NCBI GenBank assembly: GCA_024137785.1
Contig: JAHRHZ010000155.1
Location: 832,537 to 896,536 of the forward strand
DNA from: Ginglymostoma cirratum
Taxonomy: Eukaryota
Reading direction: 5' to 3'
DNA: 64,000 nt
Of the stretch, positions 49,701 to 58,530 are shown piece by piece. Under the pieces are notes generated by a model. The model was given only the letters and a program-made list of their open reading frames with translations. It ran no database searches and was not told the origin of the DNA. The position numbers and the translations under genes are program-made. Position 1 is the first letter of the stretch, and each line of letters starts with the position of its first letter.

Positions 49701-52700
49701 CTGCAGTAAGACCTGAACTCACAACTTTCAGCCTGAGAGGTATGGCCCGTATCCCCTTGGACTGATGGACTGTCAGATGTTCTGGGACTTACCTAGAACC
49801 TTTAGATGGGCTGGTTCTTTGAAGGTGTGAACTTCGAATCCTTCCACATCCACATACAAATAATAGTTGTCACTGTCTTCAGGCCTGAGGTTGTTAATTT
49901 TCAAGGAGCAGTCCTTCTGCTCCAAGTCTCCAATTATATCTGTACGTCCAACAAAGGTGGACATCCCATAATTGGGGTCTTTGCTGTAGACGACGGCGTA
50001 TTTCCAGTAATACCAGTATTTAAACCAAGCTCCCTGCACGGCCTTGTAAGGGTGCGACGGAAAGTCAAAGGTACAGGGTATAACCACACATGAACCACTG
50101 ATAGCCTTCCGAGCTGCAGTTGTCATTGTCCATTCTTCTGTCGCCACGCCTGAGTGAGAGACAAGGAGGTACCGGACATTACGGAACTAATTATGATTGT
50201 ATTTGGAAACAGAATACAGGGCAGTCTGGTTGACTGCTTACATGGATAACAGCACATAGTGCGAGTGAACATCTGAATCTGGAGCAGTAGTAGGCCATTC
50301 AGCCCCTTGATCCTGTTCCGCCATTCAATAAGGTCATGTCTGATCTGTTTGTGTTTAGAATTCTACATTCCCATCTCTCCCCAATATCCGTTGATTTCTT
50401 GGCCAATCAAAAATCTATCCCCCTCCCCGGCTTTAAAAATATTCACTGTTCCCATTTTCACTGCCTTATGAGGCAGAGTCCCAAAGTCACACACGCTCTG
50501 TTTTCAAAAGGTGACCTGTAATTTTAACATAGAGTCAGCTGGTTTTGGACTTGCCCACAAGACGATATGTCATTGCCTCTTCCATTTTAAGAAGACCCTT
50601 CAGAGTTTTGTAAAGTGACAATCTTTTGAGCTACTTTTTTCAGATTTAATTGGCTAAATTAAAGCAGATGAAAGTTTGTCAACCCTGCAAGAGACACTTA
50701 AAAAAAAATTCAAAACTGAAATGAATAAAATGCAATGCAGTATTGTTTCTTTTGAGATGAAGAAGGCACTCCTACCCCAGCAGTGACCACCATGCACTGA
50801 CAGTGTGCAGTAAGGCTGTGGACCCTGTCTTTACATACATGATGAGAAGGCAAACATAATATTGTATTTTGTTGAGTAATTGATGGAGGATAATCATCTT
50901 GTGACAGTTGTGCAGGGTACTGGTTGCTGCACACCTCAATTACTTGTTTGGTCCTGTTATTTAAGGACAGATATCTTCAAACCAATCTGCTCGGGCATGC
51001 TATGATCCACCACTGGAGCAGGTTCACTGGGACATGAACCTGTGCATCCTGGCTCAGAGGTGGGGACACTACCACTGTGTCACAAGAGCCAACTGATGCT
51101 TATGACAGGCACTGAGACATGGTTGAGCAGGTTGGAAGGGTCAGTGCTGAGGGAGCACCGCTCTGTCAGAGGGTCAGTGCTGAGGGAGCACCGCTCTGTC
51201 AGAGGGTCAGTGCTGAGGCAGCGCCGCTCTGTTGGAGGGTCAGTGCTGAGGGAGCACCGCTCTTTCGGAGGATCATTGCTGAGGGAGTGGGCACTGACTG
51301 AGAGTCAGTTCTGAGGGAGCGCTGCACTGTCAGAGGGTCAGTGCTGAGGTACTGGGCAATGTCGGAGGGTCAGTCCTCAGGGAGCGCCGCACTGTCGGAC
51401 AGTCAGTGCTGCGGTAGCACTGCTCCGTCGTAGGGTCAGTGCTGAGGGAGTGGGCACTGTCGGAGAGTCAGTTCTGAGGGACCGCCGCACTGTTGCAGGG
51501 TCAGTGCTGATGGAGTGCCGCTCTGTTGGAGGGCTAGTGCAGAGGCAGCGACACTCTGTCGGAGGGTCAGTGCTGAGGGAGCGCCACTCTTTCGAATAGT
51601 CAGTGCTGAGGGATCGCCGCACTGTCAGAATGTCAGTGCTGAGGCAGCGCCGTTCTGTTGGAGGGTCAGTGTTGAGGGAGTGCCACTCTGTCGGAGGGTC
51701 AGTGCTGAGGGAGTGCCACTCTGTCAGAGGGTCAGTGCTGAGGGAGCGCCGCACAGTTGCAGGGTCAGTTGTTGGAGCTCCGCACTGTCGGACAGTCAGT
51801 GCTGAGGGAGTGCCGCTCTGTTGGAGGGTCAGTGCTGAGGAAGTGAAGCACAGTTGGTGGGTCAGTACTGAGTGAGCACTGCACCGTCAGAGGGTTATTG
51901 ATAAGAGACTGCAGCGCTATTGAACGGTCAGTGCTGAGTGAGCGCCACACTGTCAGAGAGTCAGTACTGACGGACTGTCGTACTTTCGGAGGGTCAGTAC
52001 CGAGGGACTGCCGCACTGTTGGAGGGTCCTTGACAAGGGAGTGCTACACTCTCAAAGGGTAAGTACGAAGGAATACTGGAATGTCGAAATGTCAGCACTG
52101 AGGGAGTACCACACTGTCAGAGGGTCTTTGCTGACAGAGTGCCATACTGTCCGTGGGTCACTACTGAGAGAGTGCTGTATTGTTGGCGGGTCAGTACTGA
52201 GGGAGTGCTGCATCATCAGAGGATCAGGACGAAGGGAGTGCTGCACTGTCGGAGGGTCCAATGCTGAGCGAGTGCCACTCTGTCGGAGGGTCAGTAGTGA
52301 GGGAGTGCTGCACTGTCAGAGGTCAATACTGAGGGACTGCCACACTGTCGCAATGCTGCGTTCTCAGAGGGTAAGTACTGAGGGAGTGCTGCAATGTTGG
52401 AGGGTCAGTACTGAAGGCAGTGCTGCATTGTTGGAGGGTCATTACTGAAGGCAGTGCTGCACTGTTGGAGGGTCGTTACTGAAGTAGTGCTGCACTGTTG
52501 GAGGGTCAGTACTGAGAGAGTGCTGCCCTACTGGTAGGTCAATGCTGAGGGAGGGATGCATTGTCAGAGCATCAGTACTGAGGGAGTTGCCCATTGTCAG
52601 AGGGTCAGCGCTGACGAAGTGCTGCACTGTTGGAGGGTCAGTACTGACAGTGTGCTATTCTACCAATTGGTCAGTACTAAGGAAGGGCTGCACTGTTAGA

Positions 52701-55700
52701 TCGTCAATACTGAGGGAGTTGCTCACTGTTGATGGGCCACTGCTGAAGGAGTGCTGTAATGTCGGAGGGTCAGTACTGAGGGAGTGCTACACTGTCAGAG
52801 GATCAGTACTGAGAGAATGCTACACTGTCAGAGGGTCAGCACTAAGGGAGTGCTGCACTGTCAGAAGGTCAGTACTGAATAACTGCCGCACTGTTGGAAT
52901 TTCATTACCGAGGGAGTGCCGCACTCTCAGATGGCTCAGTACTGAGCGAGTGCTGCAATGTCGAAGGGTCAGTACGGGAGTGCTGCATTGTTGGAGGGTC
53001 AGTACTGAGGGAGTTCTGCACCGTCAGAGGATCAGTAGTAAGGGAGTGCTGCACTGTCAGAGGGTCCAGTGCTGAGTGAGTGCTGCAATGTCGGAGGGTC
53101 AGAAGTGAGGGAGTGCTGCTCTGTCAGAGGGTCAATGCTGAGGGAGTGCCGCTGTGTCAGAGGATCAGTAGAGAGGGAGTGTTGCACGATCGGAGGGTCA
53201 CTGCTGAGGGAGGGATGCACTGTCAGAGCGTCAGTACTTGTGAAGTGGTCTACTATTGAAAGATCAGTCCTGTAGGAGTGTCACACTTTCAGAAGGTCAG
53301 TACTAAGTGAGTGCACACTTTCAGAGCTGCCGTTATTTGTGTGATATGTCGAATTAGCTATGTGCCTTGTCATCATTTCCACGTTGATATAATTAATAAC
53401 TGGAATAGTGTTCTTCGATGAGTTTCTCCAGACATGTGTGGAGTTTTCATTTTCCTGACAAACTGACTCATGAAATCACTAGTTTGAAATACCACTGGAC
53501 TGACAGAAAAAGGGTCTTTTTAAGGAGATATCACTTTCACTGTTGTTGTGAAGCTGGTGGAATTGAAGGCAATTTCAAAATAGTGATTTGGATGTGCCTG
53601 TCAGTGATGGTTTAAATTGAAAAAAATGACAGTTGACTCTGATCGATTATTTCAGAAAATCTGTCTCCTCTACACCTATCTTCTCCTTTGTGCATCTTCT
53701 ATCCGCCTCCCCCTCTCTCCCTATTTAATTTGGAATCCCCTTCCCCTCCCCCATTTCTGAAGAAGGGACGAGACCTGAAACATCAGCTTTCCTGCTCCTC
53801 TGAAGCTGCTTGGCCTGCAGCTCTACACCTTGTTATCTCTGAGCGATTATTTATTTGCCAACCAATCAGCCCCATTTTTTTCCCTATAAAATTTGCTGTT
53901 CTTGAGTGTGCCCTGATGAGTGTGAGATGAAAAGTTCCAACAAAATGTCTGTCTTTTCTGCCGTACAAAATATAGGACTTTGCATTGGTCTGTGTCAAAC
54001 TACATTTGCAGTAATTTCACCCCATGGAGATGATTAATAGACTCAAAGAAGGTTTCGATTTTAATTTTAGAGAACATAAGTTTGCCTCACGAGTCGAGTT
54101 TCCTTTTCACCAACACTAGGACTGACCACAAACAGAAATGCCAATCTGAGGAATATGGGACGGTGTTCAAAGGGAATCTACATGTTTGTGAATGAGGAAG
54201 GAAGGTTTGATAAGTCATTGATAAGTCAAGATCACAAATAATAGGCATCCTGAGGAAGAGTCATATTGGAAATGAAATGTTAATTCTGTTTCTCTTTCCA
54301 CAGATAAGCCTGGACCTGCTGAGTTTCCTCAGTACTTTCTGCTTATGTTTAATAAGGAATATGAGCAGGAGTAGGCCATTTAGTCCCTCCAGCAAGTTGA
54401 TCTCATTGTGAACTGGACTCCACTTTCCTGCCTGCCCATTCTAATGTCTTTATTTCCTTGTCAATAAGAAGTCTCCTCTCAGCATTGAATATATCAAATG
54501 ACCCATCCTTCTCCATTTTCAGGTGAGGAGATTTCCAAACATTCAAAATTCATCCCCATTTCAGTTTTAAATGTCATCTTCACTCCTTTCACCACTGATG
54601 CTCAGAAGCAACAGTGTGTACTATCTGCAAGATGCAAGTTCACCTCCAAGCCACTTAGCCCCAAGCTGTTTCACACTCACTCTCTGTTTCTCTCTCTCTC
54701 TCTCTCTCTCTGTGATGGAATGAATCTGCTGAAGACTCTTTGGAAGTTATTGCCCTCAGATTGATAATATTGACTGTTAGGAATTGCTTTGGATCCTCAT
54801 TTTCTAAGGGATTTTTTAGGTCTTCATTGTCTGAGGATGTATTTGGAACTCCATTGTCGAAGAGAACTACTTGAATCATCATTGTCTTTGCATCATTATT
54901 GCTTAAGGGATCCCTTTGGATTCCCTTTGTCTGAGGGATTTATTTTTCAGTATTTTTTCAGTTCCACACTGACTAAGTGGTCTCTTTGGACCTTCAGTGT
55001 TTAAGGGATTGTGTCTGTTCCAAACCTCGCATTGCTGTATCGGTGATTCTGACGCAGTGTTGGAGACTGACTTGTCCCCAACTCAGCATCGACCCTACTC
55101 CAGCAGACACTATGAAACACTCAAGCAAAGTGCCTCTAGTCTGAGCTCCTCATGTGATGGAGTTTCCTCTATGATAGGTGCACGGCTTTCACAGATGGTC
55201 TCACAGTCTTTGTCGTTCAAACAGGACTTGGCCCCACACTCAAGGCTGATACCGGAAGCCAATTGTTTCCTGTCCATCTGGAATAGCTATTACTTCATCA
55301 GGAAACTGAACTATTGCCGGGAAGGAACTTAAATCATTGGATTGCAGAATTGTACATCGCTGATGGAGATAATTCCATCCATTCTGCCTGGGTCAGCTCT
55401 TTGAAAGATCTCTCGAATTAGTCCCCACGACCTCCTCTTTTCCCCACAGCCATGAAAATGTTTCCCTTTGCAATATTCCTCCAATCCCTGCTTTTCAAAT
55501 TTCCTCTGCAATCTGATTCCACTGCCCTCTCAGGCAGCAATGAATTGATCTCCTCTGGAGCTGCAATGTTCTCAGAGTCTGCGTAATTTACAGAGTGCAA
55601 CGGATCAGAGACAATCAGGCTGTCTCTTATCTTGTCTGTCCTAGAGTTGCTGTGGGATATTTGGATTAAAATCAGGAAAAGACATAAACTCCAGGCCACT

Positions 55701-56135
55701 GCTATCAGAGTCCTGGTGTCAAGATCTACATCACCATCCAGTTTTTATCCAGACTTCTGAAATGTCCCTGTCATCCCACACTCACTGACCTACCTTAGTA
55801 CCATGTCTGTCAACACCTTGGTTTTATGATTCTCCAAAACCCTCCACGCTCCCTCTCTCTACCTATGTAATCTCCACCAACTTTTGAACCCTCCAAGATC
55901 TCTTTGCTCCTCCAGTGCTGTTATCAGACTGGGAGCCAGTATATGTCAGTGAGCACAGGGTTGTTGGGTGAACTGGACATGGTACGAGTTTGTACTCTGG
56001 CTCACTGCTGAATTAGTTCCTAATCATAGCTCAATAAAAATGATCTTTTGAAAAACTATTAACCATAAATCTGTCCGAGCTGACAATGACATTACCTTGA
56101 AGAAGTAATAGCAGGAAGTAAGATTTCTCAATCAT
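25522..56135 (-). CDS. Gene B: complete Siglec/CD22-like receptor, 915 aa (SP + V + 7 C2 + TM + ITIM/ITSM tail); complement(join(25522-25743,27181-27262,27562-27658,30100-30375,31299-31580,36491-36772,39429-39710,40913-41194,46032-46289,48766-49053,49793-50149,56096-56135))
   Basis: 12 exons, all GT-AG; phase-1 introns between Ig exons; total 2748 nt = 916 codons with no internal stop; Siglec cysteine pattern in domains 1-2. Confidence 0.9.
27001..27110 (-). pseudogene. Relic copy of the 3' half of gene B terminal exon
   Basis: Translates DVLYTNNNFSKPPSSNGTVHRDKD versus the live DLLQANINFLKVPSGDETVHRDKD; then frameshifts. Confidence 0.8.
27181..27262 (-). CDS. Gene B cytoplasmic exon 1 (ITIM LTYSQV)
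   Basis: gttattgcag|G..CAG|gtacag; RKTATEETASKTNEIGLTYSQVSVKHQ. Confidence 0.9.
27562..27658 (-). CDS. Gene B transmembrane exon
   Basis: tttttatag|..|gtaagt; WIDSNKWKVGLVMAGIMLNVFLAGILIFLCVRK. Confidence 0.92.
30100..30375 (-). CDS. Gene B Ig domain 8 (C2-set)
   Basis: YSPRETTV..VTLTCSS..YTWFR..DDAGFYCTATNPLG; ttccag| and |gtaagc. Confidence 0.93.
31299..31580 (-). CDS. Gene B Ig domain 7 (C2-set, 282-nt repeat exon)
   Basis: tttttag| and |gtgaga; IIC..W..GDYQC. Confidence 0.93.
31755..32220 (+). repeat. Degenerate 33-bp minisatellite array
   Basis: CAGTACTGA..GTGCAGCACT-type units. Confidence 0.75.
32431..32634. mobile_element. Penelope-derived fold-back mini-element with 15-bp TSD
   Basis: Inverted arms; TTGATCAAAAACAAG at 32416-32430 and 32635-32649; hammerhead core 32545-32572 (+). 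Confidence 0.9.
33913..34157. mobile_element. Second-family Penelope-derived fold-back mini-element with 11-bp TSD
   Basis: Inverted arms meet at ~34050; TCTACTTTCAA at 33902-33912 and 34158-34168; hammerhead-like cores ~34021-34047 (-) and ~34058-34090 (+). Confidence 0.85.
35950..36055 (-). pseudogene. Truncated pseudo-exon of the 282-nt C2 repeat
   Basis: SNNELWSQTPHIISRETGDYQCLAANEHGVMEGFI; 5' half and acceptor deleted, donor region altered. Confidence 0.85.
36491..36772 (-). CDS. Gene B Ig domain 6 (C2-set, 282-nt repeat exon)
   Basis: cttttag| and |gtgagt; intact frame. Confidence 0.93.
37873..38187 (+). mobile_element. HE1-type SINE inserted into a CR1 remnant, TSD GAGTTAT
   Basis: Full head, core and tail; GAGTTAT at 37863-37869 and 38188-38194. 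Confidence 0.92.
39429..39710 (-). CDS. Gene B Ig domain 5 (C2-set, 282-nt repeat exon)
   Basis: ttttcag| and |gtgagt; intact frame. Confidence 0.93.
40913..41194 (-). CDS. Gene B Ig domain 4 (C2-set, 282-nt repeat exon)
   Basis: ctttcag| and |gtgagt; intact frame. Confidence 0.93.
43531..43699 (-). pseudogene. Pseudo-exon duplicate of gene B domain 3
   Basis: Splice sites kept, but an internal deletion removes the B/C strands (first Cys and Trp) and there is a 2-nt deletion near the end; 169 nt is not a multiple of 3. Confidence 0.88.
44560..44930. repeat. ~36-38-bp degenerate minisatellite
   Basis: GAGTCCCACATTCTCC..ACTCCCTGTG units. Confidence 0.8.
46032..46289 (-). CDS. Gene B Ig domain 3 (C2-set)
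   Basis: tttgcaag| and |gtgagt; VSLSCSSDGNPAVHRFSWFK..DYCVATNSLG. Confidence 0.88.
46725..47765. mobile_element. Penelope-like remnant with large inverted arms (~46725-46980 vs ~47500-47750)
   Basis: GGTCAAAAGTCACACGACATCAGGTTAT..TTTGAAATCACAA and its reverse complement at ~47690-47745; internal GIY-YIG-like remnant (YIGETLQML). Confidence 0.7.
48766..49053 (-). CDS. Gene B Ig domain 2 (Siglec-type C2-set)
   Basis: ttttacag| and |gtaagt; IICKALHTCPDNPPKLTW..VLTFNPS..HHQTVRC is a typical Siglec domain 2. Confidence 0.95.
49470..49660 (-). repeat. 33-bp minisatellite array
   Basis: Same unit family as 51135-53330. Confidence 0.85.
49793..50149 (-). CDS. Gene B Ig domain 1 (Siglec-type V-set)
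   Basis: ctcactcag| and |gtaagt; GSCVVIPCTF..W..GRT..GD..KDCSLKI..L..EDSDNYYLYV. Confidence 0.96.
51135..53330 (+). repeat. Long 33-bp minisatellite array (~2.2 kb, about 65 units)
   Basis: Unit GAGGGTCAGT(G/A)CTGAGGGAGTGC(C/T)GCACTGTC(A/G); 11-aa periodic ORFs (GSVLRECxTVx). Confidence 0.95.
53660..53840 (+). mobile_element. Penelope 3' terminus fragment
   Basis: Reverse complement of ~23734-23915; degenerate hammerhead core at ~53758-53784. Confidence 0.8.
56096..56135 (-). CDS. Gene B signal-peptide exon (coding part; exon acceptor at 56163)
   Basis: ACAATGA Kozak context; MIEKSYFLLLLLQ(G)|gtaatg is phase 1 and joins VATEEW. Confidence 0.85.
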
Positions 56136-56901
56136 TGTCCGCTCCCAGATATTTCATCAGCTTCTGAAAGAGAAAGGAGTTAATCAGACCTCAACTTTTT
56201 CCGACAGCTCTTGAGAGTTCAGAACTGCTTTGTGACATTGCCCTCACAGACTTGAGCCGTATTGTCAGATTTTACTTGTAAGTAGAAATGTGTCAAAGAT
56301 ATCAATCATTGGAATCTGATTTTAAAATTAAGACCACAAGAATTAAGAACAGGAGCAGGCTATTTGCCCCTTCAAGCCTGCTCCATAATTCAATTCGATC
56401 ATGGATGATCCAATATTTCTCACAACCACTTTCCTGCGTTTTGTCCATTACCCACAATCCTTCTAAAGATCAACAATGTATTTCAGCCTTGAATATACAA
56501 AAGAACTCTGCCCCCACAGCTGTCTCTGCCAAAGGGTTCCAAAGACTCACAACCCCCTGAGAAAAGAAATTCCTTCTTATCAGAATTTAAGTTTGTGCCC
56601 CTTTATTCTGAGACTGTGCCCTCTGTCCCAGACTATCACACGAGGTGAAACATACACTCAGAATTTACCCTGTCAAGCCCCTTAAGAATCCTATACATTT
56701 CAATCAGATCAATTCTCATTCTTCTAAACTCAGGTGAGCACAGTTCCAACCTGTTTAGTCATTGCTCAGAGTACAGTCCCTCCACACTGGGAATCTTCCT
56801 GGTGAATCTGCCTCCAAAGAAACGTTACCTTTAAAAACTGACAACATTAACAAAGGATGATATTGGTCATGGAAGTGAATTCTAACCGTTATGTTACTTA
56901 C

Positions 56902-57055
56902 CCAAGACCGGCCTGACGGTTTGCCTGGGGAGTAAGTGCTGAGATGCTCTGCTTGGGCTGAATGCCACTTTCCTCTGCGGTGTTTTTAATTAGAAAGGGC
57001 TGACACATCAGGTCAAAATGAGGAAGTAGAATACCAGTGATAACTTCCGTGATAG
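56902..57055 (-). promoter_or_regulatory. Candidate gene B first non-coding exon and PU.1/RUNX/ETS-type promoter
   Basis: Donor GG|GTAAGT at 56901; AAAATGAGGAAGT 57015-57027, TGCGGT 56976-56981, ACTTCCG 57043-57049, GATAA 57039-57043. Confidence 0.6.
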
Positions 57056-58329
57056 TTTGCAGTATAAGCAAATTGTTGACCATCTGACCCAAGCTCAGAG
57101 CTGGGCAGCTGTTCACATGGAATATCTAACATGGCCCCGAGGTGGAAATTCAATTGCTACAGTCCCCAGTCCAGAATCTGAATGCCATGATCCATATAGT
57201 ATCCTTTTACAATATGCTTTTATTGTCATGCATATTCCATTGTAAGAATGGAATTCTTACACAATGAAAAATTTTTACAATGTCTGCGTTTTTATGGCGA
57301 TATCTTAAGTACAAGCACCTAAGTACAATTCTTGGATACATCAGAGAAATAGAAACAGTTGTTTAATTACAGAGTTGAAAATAAGTTAAAAATAGGAGAA
57401 CACTAAGGGTTAACATTACAGTGTTCTAAGGTAAGGATTGTCCCCACACGGCGGTCTCCATCCAGGACTCACTGCCTACACGTTGCTCCAAGGCTGCTTC
57501 CCATGTACTGCTGCAGGGCTTCTTCCCCGTGCTGCTCCAGGGCTCATTGCTCACTGTGTTCTGGGGTTCTCGGGCCATGCCTGCAGACCCCCAGAGCACA
57601 AGGCCACACTGCCCGTGCTGGTTCTGCTGTGGGACTCGGCCTGTGACCGCTTCAGTCTGCCGCAGGACTTGGCCCATGCCCAGTCTGCAACTCCACTCTC
57701 CAGGGAGTGGGGGGGAGAAAGGGAAAACCACAGAGAGAAGAGGGATAAAAAAGGGGAAAAAAGGTAAAGAGACAGCAAGCAGAGGAGCTCCGACTGCAGC
57801 GTCCCACACTACTGCCATGTTGCCACACGACAAGTCATAAGATCCAAGTTGACAATCCACATGGGCTATTTGAATATTTATTCACAAGTTTTATAAGCAT
57901 CACTGCCTGTCCATAATTGTCCCTGTGAAGCTGCTGACCATGTGCTGTAGGTAGACCTACAATGCTGTTGGAGAGCAATTTCCAGGATTTCAACAGTGAC
58001 ACTTAAATAACAGTGATTTATTTCCAACTCAAAACGGAGAATGACCTATGACCATAAGAAGTAGGAACAGGAATAGGCCATTTGGCCCCTTGAGCCTGCT
58101 GCACTATTCAAAAAGAACATGGCTGATCACACATTCCTCAGAACCACTTTATTGCCATTTCCCCGAGCGACTTGGTGGGGAACATGCAGTGGATGATGTT
58201 CCCATGTATCTGTTGTCCTGGTCGTTAGAGGTGGAAGTAGTCATGGGATTGGATGATGCTGTCTAAGGAGCATTGGTGCAGAACTGAGGGGTTGTGAACC
58301 AAACAGTGGAAAGATTATAATTTTGGAGT

Positions 58330-58530
58330 GTCAGTACTAAGAGAATGTCGCACTGCCGGAGGTTCAGTACTGAGGGAGTACCATGTTGTCGGAGGGTCGG
58401 GTCAGTACTGAGTTAGTGCTGCACTGTCGGAGGGTCAGTGCTGAGGGACTACTGCATTGTTGGAGGGTCAGCACTGAGGGTATACCACACTGTTGGAGGA
58501 TCAGTATTGAGGGAGTGCTGCACTGTTGGA
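58330..58530 (+). repeat. 33-bp minisatellite array
   Basis: Same unit family as 51135-53330. Confidence 0.85.

Noticed and set aside
51042-53275. Long Cys-rich periodic ORFs, or a CRISPR-like array
   Set aside because: Translations of a head-to-tail 33-bp minisatellite; no unique spacers, eukaryotic context
55418-55735. Signal-peptide-like ORF (VAWSLCLFLILIQ) as gene B's first exon
   Set aside because: It starts at GTG, has no in-frame ATG before an upstream TAA and no GT donor after the hydrophobic stretch; 56096-56135 fits far better
25522-56135. Assigning the symbol CD22, MAG or SIGLEC1 to gene B
   Set aside because: Eight Ig domains, the missing Arg and lineage-specific duplications mean orthology cannot be set without a phylogeny
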